Shown here one piece after another: positions 1-10,900 of a stretch of 42,556 nucleotides of DNA. Origin of the DNA: Chiloscyllium plagiosum (taxonomy: Eukaryota); NCBI RefSeq assembly GCF_004010195.1, contig NC_057720.1, positions 9,133,646 through 9,176,201 on the forward strand, read 5' to 3'. A program made the translations under genes and the position numbers. The notes under the pieces are model-generated. The model was not told the origin of the DNA and searched no databases. It was given only the letters and a program-made list of their open reading frames with translations. Every line of letters begins with the position of its first letter. Within the stretch, counting starts at the first letter, position 1.

Positions 1-7
1 TCCTTTC

Positions 8-372
8 TCTTGAATTCAAATTCCACCATCTGCTGAGGCAGGTTTTGGACTTGGGACCCCAGAACATTATGTGAATCTCTAGATTAACAATACCACTCAA
101 CCATCGCCTCTTCTGGTGGTAAGCTTTGAATTCAGGAACAGGTCTGTTTTTTTTTCAAAAAGGCAGCCAAATGGTATTTGCTATCAACTATTTTAAAAAC
201 CCATTTGGGTCACCAATGACCTCTAGGAAAGAAAATCTGATGTTGTTACCTAGTCTGACTGACATGAGACTCCAGATCCACAGCAATGTGGTTGAATCTT
301 AACTGCCTTCTGACCAATTAGAAATGGAATATGAATTCTGGCCTGGTCATTGATGTCCACACCCATAAATGA
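8..372. mobile_element. Decayed, rearranged tRNA-derived SINE (head inverted at ~8-110, body forward at ~111-372)
   Basis: Shares the motifs 'gaattcaaattccaccatctgc' (reverse), 'gactccagatccacagcaatgtggttga' and 'aactgcc.tctg' with the fuller copies at 5589-5925, 24613-24946 and 40115-40470. Confidence 0.7.
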
Positions 373-584
373 ATTTGGGACCCACTGGGGGGGAGCAGAG
401 AGACAAAGCTGATGTTAACCTTTAGAGTTAGACAATTATAGTCATACAGCACAGAAGCAGACCATTCAGCCCAACTAGTTCATGCCAACCGGATATCCCA
501 AACTAAAAATTAGTTCCACTTGTCTGCATTTGGCCCATATCTTTCTAAGTTCAAAGATGTACCATTATGTGGATTGGCCATGTG

Positions 585-1085
585 AATTGAATTGTATTGA
601 ATTGAATTTATTGTCACGTGTACCGAGGCACAGTGAAAAGCTATGTCTTGCGAGCAATATAGACAGATCACAGAATTAAGAGGCATAGATAAGTAACATG
701 GCAGCACGGTAGTTCAGTGGTTAGCACTGCTGCCTCACAGTGCCAGGGACCTGGGTTTAATTCCAACCTCAGGTGACTGTCTGTGTGGAGTTTGCATGTT
801 TTCTGCATGTCTGCATGGTTTTCCTCCAGTTTCCTCCCACAATCCAAAGATGTGCAGGTCAGGTGAATTGGCCAAGCTAAATTGCCCATAGTGTTAGGTG
901 CATTAGTCAGAGGGAAATGTCGGGGAATTGGTTTGGGTGGATTACTCTTCAGAGAGTTGGTGTGGACTTGTTGGGCCGAAGGGCCTGTTTCCAAGCTGTA
1001 GGGAACCTAATCTAATCTAAAATAATTGGTATATAGTGGCAAAAACAAAAACACAGGTCCAGGCGAATGTTAAGAGTTTGTGACT
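585..1085 (-). mobile_element. Rex1/Babar-type LINE 3' tail, interrupted by HE1 at 700-1020
   Basis: The reverse strand reads 'cttttcactgtgcctcggtacacgtgacaataaattcaattcaat', matching the 3' end of the Rex1-like element at ~32980-33032. Confidence 0.7.
700..1020 (+). mobile_element. HE1-type V-SINE, full length
   Basis: tRNA head with A box (tagttcagtgg) and B box (ggtttaattcc). V-domain 'ctgtgtggagtttgcatgtt...tttcctcccacaatccaaagatgtgcagg'. CR1-like tail ending in (ctaat)n. Confidence 0.9.
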
Positions 1086-2429
1086 TTATAATTTGCCCAT
1101 AGTGTCCAGGGATGTGCAGGCTAGGTGGATTAGCCATGAGAAATGCAGGCTTAAGGGGTAGAGTAGGGAGGTCAGTCTGGGTGGGCTGCTCTTCTGAGGG
1201 TCAGTGTGGACTCGATGGGCCGAGTAGCCTGTTTGCACACTGTAGGGATTCTGATACTGAACTTTTTCTATTCATGTACCTCTCCAAAGGACTTTTTAAT
1301 GTTGTAATTGTACCTGCACCTACTACTTTGTCTGGCAACTCATGCCATACACGCATTGCCCTTTGTGTGAAAAGCTTGTCCTGCAGTTCCCTTTTAAATC
1401 TTTCCATTCTCACCTTAAACTCATGCCTTCTAGATTTGGACTTACCTACCCTGGGGAAAAGACCTTGACCATTCATCTTATCTAGGCCCCTCATGATTTT
1501 ATAAACATCTATAAGATCTTCGGCGCTCCAGGGATAAAAGTTCCAGTCTATACAGCCTCTCCCTATAACTCAAACCCTCCAGTCCCAGCAACATCCATGT
1601 CAATTTTTTCTGCACCCTTTCCAGTTGCACAACATATAGCAGGGCAACCAGAATTGTATGGAGTATTCCAAAAGTGGCCTCACTTAACCCAAACCAAGTT
1701 TCTCACTCTTGGTGTCAAAAGTGAGATACTCTTGGGGAGGTGAATATTCAGCAACTTTGAGATAAGAAAGACAGATCCATATTGACTCTTTTACATCCTG
1801 GCAGCTGAATGCTTAAATCAGTGCAGAGTCTTATTTTGACAATCCAATGGATTTCATGGCTGTTTGTTGCGAACAATCACATCAATGAAATACAATTTGA
1901 CAATGTTGGGGGCAAATTGAGCTCTTGGCTGTGAAGTTCATCACCATAACTAAAAGTCACCTCATCCCAAAATATGTAAAGTTAATAATTTGACTGATAC
2001 TGAGCCGCTTTCCTGGGCTGAAGAAATGGATTTTATCATTTTTCAGGGGCTGCATATCTCAAGGACGTTGTGAAGTAAATTTAAATTTAAATGATCTTGT
2101 GCATTATAATTTCCTTGCAACTTGCAGGGGTGAAAATAATGAAAGCTGACTGCTATCAGTTTTCCTTCATTGATTTGTTTACTCACATCAGACCCTTCAA
2201 AAAATGTACATGATCACAGTAAATTATCTGCCAGCCTGATTATCCAACAGAATTTTAAACAGACGAGTCCTTACAAGAGACAAAGTGTCTCAGTGCACAC
2301 CTTGAGGGTAAGTTTGACTTTGTGCTGTAGTGTAAAGTGGACACACACTTTGGCAACACATTTTACATTTCTGTCATGCATTGAAAATTCATTTAGACAT
2401 GTGTTCACTTAAAGTTCCCATACTTTTGT

Positions 2430-2968
2430 TTTCTTTTTCATGTACTCATGAGATGTGAGTGTTGCTGGCTGAATCAGCATTCATTGCCCATTCCTAGTTG
2501 CCCTTGAGAAGGTGTGGCAGACTGCTATCTTGAACCACTACAGTCCATGTGCTGTAACCATGTATAGTAGGTCAACCCAGAGTGTCATTAAGGAGGGAGT
2601 TCCAGGATTTGACCCAGCAACAGTGAAGGAACAGTGTATCTACTGCCGTTGTCTTTCTTGGTGGTAGGGGTTGTGGGTTTGGAAAATGCTGTTGAAGAAA
2701 CTTTGGTGAATTTTATGTGGTGCATTTGTACGAAGTACTCACTGCTGTGACTGAGCACCAGTGTGGAGGCCGCTTTGTTGTCAATGGTGTCAAGCTTCTT
2801 GTGTTGTTGGAGCTGCACCCATCCAGGCAAGTGCCTTGCAGATGGTGTACAGGCTTTGGGGAGGCAGGAGGTGAGTTACTCAACACAGTATTCCCAGCCT
2901 CTGACCTGCTCTTGTTGTCACTGTGTTGATGTGGCTAGATCAGTTCAGTTTCTGGTCAATGGTAAACA
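2430..2968 (-). mobile_element. 3' part of a second CR1-clade LINE family (same family as 15135-22050)
   Basis: The reverse strand has 'KKLDTIDNKAA' (cf. KKFDTIQDKAA at 15276-15659) and the 3' end 'ccttctcaagggcaactaggaatgggcaatgaatgctg'. Confidence 0.75.
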
Positions 2969-3374
2969 GTGACTGAAGAAAGTACAGTGTGCTACTTAGC
3001 AATTCAGCTCATGATACTTTTGTAATTTCTTTGAGAGAGCTATCCAACTAACCTGGCTCTCCCTACTTTTACCACTTGGATATGCATTTTTTTATTCCTG
3101 TACAGGTATGTATGAAATTTCCCTGAACAGCTTACCAAGGCATTCCAGATCACCTCAACTCTTAATTAGACATTCAAATTGGAAAAAGGTATAATGAACA
3201 TGATCTGAAAAGAAAAGTAGTGTAGGATAACAGGGAAGGAGTGGGGATATAGCACTTAGCTGCTCACACAGAGAGCAGGTAGATGTTCCTCTACAGCAAA
3301 TAATACTTAAAAATGTATACATTCAATGGCATTAACCACTAAAGCGAGGACATTGACAAGGGGTTGTACCTTTC

Positions 3375-4134
3375 ATAGAATATAGAACATTACAGGCCTT
3401 TCGGCTCTTAAAGTTGTGCCAACCTTTTATCCGACTCTAAGATCAGACTAACCTACGTATCCTTCAATGCACTATCATCCATGTGCCTATCCAAGAGTCG
3501 CTTAAATGATCCTAATGTAGCTGACTTTACTACCACTGCTGGCAAAGCATTCCACGCACCCACCACTCTCTGTGTAAAGAACCTACCTCTGACAGTTCCC
3601 TCAACCTTCCTTCAATCACCTTAAAATTATTCCCCCTCATGACAGACATTTCCACCATGGGAAAAAGTCGTTGGCTATCCTCTCTATCTATGCCTCTCAT
3701 CATCTTGTACATCTCTATCAAGTCACCTCTCATCCTTCTTCGCTCCAATGAGAAAAGCCCTAACTCCTTCAACCTTTCTTCAAAAGACATGCCTTTCAGT
3801 CCAGGCAGCATCCTGGTAAATCTCCTCTGCACTTTCTCTAAAGCTTCCAAATCTTTCCTATAGTGAGGTGACCAGAACTGAACACAACATTCCTAGTGTG
3901 GTCTAACCAGGGCTCTATATAGCTACAGCATAACCTTGCAGATTTTAAACTCAATCCCCCTGCTAATGAATGCCAACACGTCTTATGCCTTCTTAACAAC
4001 CTTGTCAACTTGGGTGACAACTTTGAGGGTTCTATGGACATGGACCCCAAGATCCCTCTGTTCCTCCACACTGCCAAGATTCCTGCCTTTAACCATATAT
4101 TCTGCATTCAAACTCGATCTTCCAAAGTGGAAAT
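3375..4134 (-). mobile_element. CR1 LINE, 5'-truncated
   Basis: ORFs 3530-3850 (ALEKVQRRFTRMLPGLKGMSFEERLKELGLFSLERRRMRGDLIE) and 3983-4189 (EEQRDLGVHVHRTLK). (catagaa)-type tail at ~3375. Confidence 0.92.
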
Positions 4135-4964
4135 GATAGCAGGTGTTTATTCTACTTGACTTTTGAACATTTAAAGGACAAGCCATCAATAATTTAGCAA
4201 TATGTGGAGTAATTGCTCAGAAAAATTAGAATGCTTTCGTTGTAGAGTGGTTCTCACTTTTTCCTTTGATCTCCATGACAGAGCTTCCTACTTCCAATTC
4301 CCAAGTTGATTTGTATCCCTCTTTGATACTTGTTTAATTTCCTATTAAATGGTGGGATTGAGTCTGCTTGAATAGCCACTTGTGGGTAATGATTCCATGG
4401 CTCCATAACCCAACAAAAATACACCGCCTCACCTCTCCCTTTGTGGTTCCAATTAGGCCAGGGATCATGGAGATAGAGCAACCTTTCGAGAGTGCTTTAT
4501 ATAATAAACCTTGCCATTAGTGCACCCGCAACAGCAGTGCTTTACAGTGAAGAAGAATAGTAAGGAGAGTACCTTTTTGGGGGCGGGGTGGGTGTTGACA
4601 TAAGTCCTCATAAAAGGTAATGTGATTACTTCCTTAATTGCACACTATTTTTATTGCAAATGGATTAAGTTCTGGGAACATAATGATCCAGTTTACAACA
4701 GGCACGTACATGTGCCCCAAGTGCATTTAGATTCTGTGCAGCTAATCATCCTTGTTAGACCAGAGAGTGCAAAATGTGGATTGTGTCTCTCTTCTAACAG
4801 ATGAGTCAATAAAAGCTGCATCTCTTGAGCAGCTTGCGTACATATGGTGCAGTATTCTGTGCAGGGGCTATGAGATTTACTCCAAAATGACAGGCATAGG
4901 ACTTTTTTTGAAACAAAGAAAGGAAAGTCAGGGCAACATTTACACTATGAGGCACCCCCTGAAC

Positions 4965-6482
4965 ATTAGAGACTTGACAATGGAAAATAAAGAGCTGGCT
5001 GATGAATTGAACAGGTACTTCACATCAGTCTTGACAGTACAGGACATAAGTTACATCCCAGAAGCAGTTATAAATCACCAAGCTGTGTGCCACAGGGATC
5101 AGCACTGCACGTCAACTGTTGACAATTTATATAAATGACTTGGATAAAGCAAGGGAAAGTATGGTTCCCAAATCTGCTGATAACACAAAGACAGGGAGCA
5201 TAGTAATTTGTGAAGAGAACAGAAGGAAGCTGCAAAGAGGGAGAGATAGATGCAGGCATTGGGCAAGGATCTAGCAATTTTAGTACAACGTGGGAAAATG
5301 TGAAGCTAGGCATTTTGGCAGGGAGAATAAAAAAAAGTATATTGTCTAAATTGTAAAAAATTGCAGAGTTCAGAGATGCAGAGGGATCTGGGTGAATGAC
5401 GGTATGAATTGCAAAGGGCTAGTTTGTGGGTATAGCCAGTCATTAGGAAATAAAGCAAATATAATGGCATAACTTATCATATGGGGAATTGAATACAAAT
5501 GTAGTGAGGTTATGCTTCAGTTATACAGGGCACTGGTGAGGCCACGTCTGGAGTACCGTGTACAATCGGGATATCTCATTTAAGAAAATGATGGCCTTGT
5601 GGTATTCCTGCGATGTTATTAATCTAAAGACCCAGCGAATGGTTCAGGACCTGGTTATCAAATCTTATTATGGCAGTTGGTGAAATTTGAGTTCAGTTAA
5701 AATCTGGATTTAAGAATCTAATGATGACCATGAAACCATTGCCAATTTTTAGAAAAATCTCATCTTTAGAGAAGGAAATCTGACATCTTTACCCGGACTG
5801 GCCTACATGTGACTCCAGACATACAGCAATGTGGTTGACTATTAACTCCCCTCTGGGCAATTAGGGATGAGCAATAAATACTGACTTCGCCAGTGAAGCT
5901 CACATCCTATAAATTAATAAACAAAATTACATTGGAAGTAATTCAGAGAAAGCTTGCCAAACTATTACCTGGAATGAGTTATCTTATGAGGAAGTGTTGG
6001 ATATGATAGGCTTGTATCTGCTATTGCTTAGAAAAGTAAGAGGCAACTTGACTGAAATATATAAGATTCTGAGGGATCTTGATAAAGTTGACACATGGAA
6101 GACGTTTCCTCAAATGGGGGAATTTACAACTAAGTAACATTGTTTAAGAGACAAAAAACCCGCAGAGGCTGGAATCCAAAGTAGACAAACAGGAGGCTGG
6201 AAGAACTGTTTAAGAAACAGGGATGTCTATTTGAATCAGAGTTGAGAAGTTTTTGCTGTTCCCCCAGAGGATTGTGAGGTTTTAGAAATCTCTTTCCAAG
6301 AAGGAGGCAAGGTTGTTGGAGAATTTGAAGGCAGAGATAGAAGAATTCTTGGTGTAAGGTTATCTGGAATTGGCAGGAATTTAGATTTGAGGCTACAATG
6401 GGATCAGCTGTGATCTTACTGAATCAGGGCGCAGTCAGGAAGAGATGGATGGTCTATTCCTTTTTCATATGGAATGTTGTGT
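4965..6482 (+). mobile_element. Old, decayed CR1 LINE hosting a SINE and a short PLE fragment (~6150-6205)
   Basis: 'MENKELADELNRYFTSV', remnants of KFADD, QRDLG and LYRALVRPRLEY, and a decayed CR1 3' end near 6400-6480. Confidence 0.75.
5589..5925 (+). mobile_element. tRNA-derived SINE with a tail from the second CR1-clade family
   Basis: Near-full copy: 'gtggtatt...aatctaaagaccca...tggcctacatgtgactccagac...gggcaattagggatgagcaataaat'. Confidence 0.8.
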
Positions 6483-6741
6483 AAAACATATTGACACCAA
6501 CTCCTACTCCCATGGTCTCCCTGAAAATGTTGGCCAATGGCAGCCCCTTTACAAACATTGATACACCTCAAGGGATCTGACAAATACTGAAACAGTTACA
6601 ACCTCTTGGAAAATATTGCAAAATCTCCCATATTCCATTCAATCCTGAATTTCAAAAGGTACCGCAGGATGTGTCCAAGCAAAAATGAATGTTGCCATCA
6701 TTACGAAAAAGGCAGAGACATAACAACACAAAAATTAAATT

Positions 6742-6960
6742 AAAAATCCAGAAATTGCTGGAAAAGCTCAGCGGGTCTGGCAGCATCTGTGGAGACAAAT
6801 CAAAGTCAACATGAGGGGACCAGTGATCCTTCCTCAGAGCAAGACCCAACATGTTAACTCTGATTTCTCTCCTCAAGTATTGCCAAACCTGTTGAGCTTT
6901 TCCAGCAATTTCTGTTTGTGTTTCTGATTTTCAGCATCCGCGGTTCTTTCAGTTCTAATA
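6742..6960. mobile_element. Decayed PLE fold-back (type D terminus)
   Basis: Imperfect inverted repeat 'cagaaattgctggaaaagctcagc' / 'gttgagcttttccagcaatttctg'. Decayed hammerhead start 'ctgaggaaggatcac' on the - strand. Confidence 0.7.
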
Positions 6961-6989
6961 AAAAAAATCCAGCCTGCTCAATTCTTAAG

Positions 6990-7525
6990 GAAACCTGATC
7001 ACAGCACATGTTGTGCTTCCTCCAGGGAATCTTGCTTTTTGGCGTCTCCTCAGTTTCCTCATTTATTTTCTGCTGGAAAGAGAAAGGGGGCAAATTTCCT
7101 AGGATCATCCTTCCGCAACTCTCCTGTAACTAGATCGAAAGGTCAGTCTAAACCACAGTTTAGATTTTCTTGCAAGGTTCGGATCCTGCTAAAGGTGTGG
7201 TGATAGGTCTGGAAAAGCCCTAGGACCTGCACCCCAACCCCATAAAGTGATCTTTCGACTGGTGAGCTGTGATGGGATCTTGTGTGTGTGTTGGGAGCGG
7301 TGTACAGTTCAGCCACAGCTATCTCTGTGCTGTGTTGCTCTATGAAGTTTGGTCCCATGTCGAACAGAATCAGAGGTTTGAGAATGATGATTGAAATCAG
7401 GAGCTCAGCTAGAACCTTGGAAAAGCACAGAGAGACCAAGCTATCAACTGGACAATCCATGCCCTAAAGTGGCCTTGGAATGTCCTAGGATAAAACCCTG
7501 TTCCCAAACAATGGCTCTCCATCTA
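6990..7525 (-). pseudogene. Putative ancient Ty3/Gypsy integrase relic
   Basis: Collinear weak motifs across frames: WRAIVWEQGFILG, VDSL..SKVLAELL..ILFDMGPNF, HSSPVERSLYG, DPRKFAP, QKINEE...QVSL. Recognised by eye only. Confidence 0.4.
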
Positions 7526-7527
7526 TC

Positions 7528-7900
7528 CACAGAAATGATATAGCACAGAAGGGAACCATTCAGCCCACCTTCTCCATGCTGACCCAAAGACACCCAGATG
7601 CCCTTTCTCATCCCATTTTCCTGCACACGGCCCATAGCCCTGCAGCATTTTTACCAAGTGGATCCAGGTAAAAGAGTTTAGAGTCTCTGTTTCCTCAACC
7701 AATTCCAGACACCCACCACCCTCTGTGTAAAACAGGTTATCCACATGTTGCCTCCAACCCTTCTGCCACTTAGCTTGAAGCTAGGGCCCATGGTTTTTGA
7801 ACTCTCTGCCAAGGGAAAAAGGTTCCTCTGGTCTACTCTATCTCTACCCCTCAACATTTTGTGAATTTCATTCACATCACCTCTCTCATCCTTCTCTGTT
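7528..7900 (-). mobile_element. CR1 LINE 3' fragment
   Basis: ORFs 7678-7875 (KMLRGRDRVDQRNLFPL...FTQRVVGVWN) and 7523-7744 (GYGPCAGKWD). Confidence 0.85.
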
Positions 7901-8034
7901 CATTGGCACATTAAGAATTTCTAGAGGAAAACAACCATCTTCTGCCATCCTGGTAGTCACATGGTGTGGGGCTAACTGAATGGTGGACAAATCAAAAGTA
8001 TCAATTTCCATTGATTAGGGTGAAATCTGGAGAA

Positions 8035-8130
8035 TTGGTTAGTTCAGTCGGCTAGGGGCTAGAGACTGATGTAGAATAGCGCCAACAATGCGGGTTCGAT
8101 CTGTACCAGCTGAGGTAGTTCTTTCGACCT
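8035..8130 (+). mobile_element. Head of a third tRNA-derived SINE family
   Basis: 'ggttagttcagtcggctag...gccaacaatgcgggttcgatc.gtaccagctgaggt' has A/B-box-like motifs and is related to 40578-40790. Confidence 0.6.
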
Positions 8131-8540
8131 TTCCACACTCCACAGTAATACTGTAAAACAAGCCATTACTAATAGATCTTGGGGCACTGAGGATGTTCAT
8201 GAAGATAGATATGTCACAATGGACAGGGTATGCGGAAACTCTCATTGAAGAGCTTTAGTGAACAGAGATCTAAATCACTCATTCTTCCCAAACACCCCAC
8301 ACAGGCTGCACATCATGTTCCAAGTTATTCACGTGTTGGTCCATATATCCCAACCTGAGTCAGAAACCCGATGTCAGACTCTGTAAGGGTCTGCAGGAAC
8401 ACAGGATAGAAAAAGTAATTCTCTGATGAGGTTTTGATTGATTTGATGCAAGAAAGTTTTTTGCACTGATAAATAAGTTGATTATCAGAGGACTCAAATT
8501 TTTGATGCAAGCAATTATCTGGTCATACAGAACTTGGGTA

Positions 8541-8753
8541 CAGTCGGTTCTGAAAAAAATAAGATAGTTTTGTTCTCATGCGATCTTGTGTTATAAGAAA
8601 ATCACATAATTGCCTGCTATTTGAACTAATGGGACTGGAATCACATTATAGCCAATACAGGCAAGCAAAGTTCACGTTCTACAAATACTGGTCTAAATTC
8701 TTCAATTAAAGCCAAATTGTGTTGAAGAAACACTGTTATAGCCAAATTGACTG
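8541..8753. mobile_element. Tc1/mariner (Tigger-like) MITE
   Basis: Begins TA|CAGTCGGTTCTG and ends TTATAGCCAAATTGACTG. Internal similarity to the copy at 22566-22774. Confidence 0.65.
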
Positions 8754-8978
8754 TCTTGCTTAAAAAAGAGGTACTTTGTCAAAGTTTCTCACTCATCAGG
8801 ACAATTTGCAAGAATACCAACATATCAGAAAAAACAACATTGATAATGTCTGAGAGGAGAGTGCTGAGAAGACTGAGCTCATTTTAGTGAAAGTAGCTTG
8901 GCCTTGCAATTAATGAGCTGAAAATGTGTTGCTGGAAAAGCGCAGCAGGTCAGGCAGCATCCAGGGAACAGGAGAATC

Positions 8979-9006
8979 GACGTTTCGGGCATAAGCCCTT
9001 CTTCAG
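8979..9006 (-). ncRNA. Minimal type I hammerhead ribozyme core
   Basis: CUGAAGA-A-GGGC-UUAU-GCCC-GAAA-CGUC on the - strand. Confidence 0.85.
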
Positions 9007-9020
9007 GACATAAGCCCTTC

Positions 9021-9048
9021 CTGAAGAAGGGCTTATGCCCGAAACGTC
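9021..9048 (+). ncRNA. Minimal type I hammerhead ribozyme core
   Basis: ctgaaga-a-gggc-ttat-gccc-gaaa-cgtc. Confidence 0.85.
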
Positions 9049-9399
9049 GATTCTCCTGTTCCCTGGATGCTGCCTGACCTGCTGCGCTTTTCCAGCAACA
9101 CATTTTCAGCTCTGATCTCCAGCATCTGCAGACCTCACTTTCTCCTCAATGCAATTAATGATGCCACTAAACATGCAAAAAAAATCTATCTAACCATACA
9201 GTCTCTGAATGCAAAGAATTTGTTCTTGCACATAGGTACAACTTTGGTATGCCTTTATCTCAGGTCAAATGGAAGAAGTATTTGCTGGGTTTGAACTCCT
9301 CTACTTCTGTCACATACCAGTGCCCAGTGAAGGTGGGGAATCACTGAATGCATTCTGAGCTGATCACCTTGCAGGGTTCCAAATGACTTGTCCGTATTT

Positions 9400-10900
9400 C
9401 ACCTTAAACAGGAATATGTTGTCATGGTGAATGTGGACAAACATATCAGTAAACCTGACAAAGGGACTGGAATAGCTCGCCTTAACAAATACATCAGCAA
9501 AATGCTCACTGTTTTAATGAAGGATCCAAATTTGTGTCAGCCTTACTTGAAAGCCAATTAGAAAAGAGTTTTCTGAATTTGGAGAAGAGCAATGAACTGT
9601 TGACTGATAGAGACAATAGAATTTCTCCTCACAGTACTCTGCCCAAGATGTATGAATGCAATGTCCCTTTATGCTCGATCTTACCTACGACCTGTTTTTC
9701 ACAGCATGGACTGACCATTATGTCAACTACTTTTGAGCAAGCTTTCCACTTTCAAATGAAGGATTACTTTCATGTTTGTAAAGACCGTACAGAACATGCA
9801 CATCGATGGCAAAGCAGTGTACACGTGCTCATTCAATGTTGCTCACCTCTTCATAAATGTATCAATGACATCAGCACTGCAGCACTATATTAATCTAGGC
9901 CCTCCATTATGGTGCAAATCTTTGAACATATGCACTCTGTAACCCACGTCAGTGAGTTCAGTTTTAGCATGTATCCCCAAATAGATAGTGTTGCCATGGG
10001 AACACATAGCACTCACAAATATATTTATTAGATTCCCCTAGCAATGTGTCTCTGAGCTGACCTCCCACCCTTCCATGACTTCGATATGTGAACAAAATAC
10101 TTGCGATATTTAAATCAACAGCTACATGTGAGAGTTTTCTTATGTTTTAATGAGCTCTATTCTGTACTCAAATTCAAGCTTGAAATGGAAAAATCAAATG
10201 AGTTCCTTTCCTTTGTGTTCTAGTTGAGAATTTGGCCTCTACTACCATCTACTACAAATTTCTCTTCACTGGTTAATATGCAAATAATAGGCCTATACGC
10301 TGGAAGATTAGCCTTAGAATCATAAAGTCATAGAGTGAGGGCTGCGGATGCTGGAGATCAGAATCGAAGAGTGTGGTGCTGGAAAAGCACAGCAGGTCAG
10401 GCAGCATCCGAGGAGCAGGAGAATCGAGGTTTCAAGCATAAGTCCTTCATCAGGAATTCAGTCCAGCCATTCCATGGCAAACGCAATCCCAAACTAAACT
10501 TGTCCCACCTGCCTGCTCCTGGCCCATATCCCTCCAAACCTTTCCTATTCATGTACTTAACCAAATATATTTTTGTGCATTGTAATTGTACCCATATCCA
10601 CCATTTCCTCAGAATGTCCATTCCACTTAGTAACCAATCTCTGTGTAAAGAAATTGCCCTGATGTCTTTTTAAAATCTCTCTCCTTTCACCTTAAAAATA
10701 TGCCCCCAGTCTTGATCAGCAAACTTATAAATAGGTCCAAACTCATCCCTCACGATAATGGTGACTTTCATCAGATCATTTCTCGTCATATATTAGGTAA
10801 ACTCATAAAAGGTCCTCCGCTGGTAGCAATTAGTCCTGAAAATGCCCAGTGTATCCCAGATTGCCAGAAAGGGCGATGTATCTTAAACGTTTAAGTAACA
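9400..10900 (+). pseudogene. Ancient, heavily decayed Penelope-like RT relic, interrupted by a CR1 at ~10315-10712
   Basis: 9451 onward translates KPDKGTGIARLNKYISKMLTVL, then PKMYECNVPLCSIL and MKDYF. After the CR1 come HDNGDFHQIISRHI and (frameshifted) KCPVYPRLP, in the order expected for PLE RT and thumb motifs. Confidence 0.6.
10315..10712 (-). mobile_element. CR1 3' end containing a PLE terminal fragment (~10333-10458) with a decayed hammerhead
   Basis: ORF 10397-10621 (KYMNRKGLEGYGPGAGRWD). The PLE piece is 'gctggaaaagcacagcaggtcaggcagcatccgagg...ccttcatcagg'. Confidence 0.8.

Larger units (their letters stand above)
548..1256 (+). mobile_element. V-SINE 3' half, split into ~548-590 and ~1089-1256 by a nested Rex1 tail and HE1 copy
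   Basis: 'gtggattggccatg' resumes at 'aatttgcccatagtgtccagggatgtgcaggctaggtggattagccatg'. The CR1-like tail is 'gtggactcgatgggccga...tgtagggattct'. Confidence 0.6.
425..1681 (-). mobile_element. CR1 (HER1-like) LINE 3' portion, split by nested insertions at ~546-1258
   Basis: ORF 1201-1494(-) reads ...GLFPRVGKSKSRRHEFKV...LFTQRAMRVWHELP..., a typical CR1 ORF2 C-terminus. The 3' tail is at 425-545. Confidence 0.85.
8917..9149. mobile_element. Young PLE fold-back mini-element (type B) with a hammerhead on each strand
   Basis: Perfect 94-bp inverted repeat (8915-9008 / 9019-9112), 10-nt spacer, 37-nt tail. 12-bp TSD tgcaattaatga (8905-8916, 9150-9161). Confidence 0.92.

Noticed and set aside
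700..770. tRNA gene
   Set aside because: The A/B boxes belong to a SINE head that continues into the V-domain; no complete cloverleaf is evident.
6560..6720. Possible chromodomain remnant (LRYLLKFRIEWNMG, - strand) downstream of the Gypsy-like relic
   Set aside because: Similarity is too weak to support by eye.
8879..9294. Recurrent peptide MCCWKSAAGQAASREQENRRFGHKPFFR (also at 11403, 20146, 27828) suggesting a small gene family
   Set aside because: It is the antisense translation of the PLE terminal repeat; it recurs because the repeat recurs.
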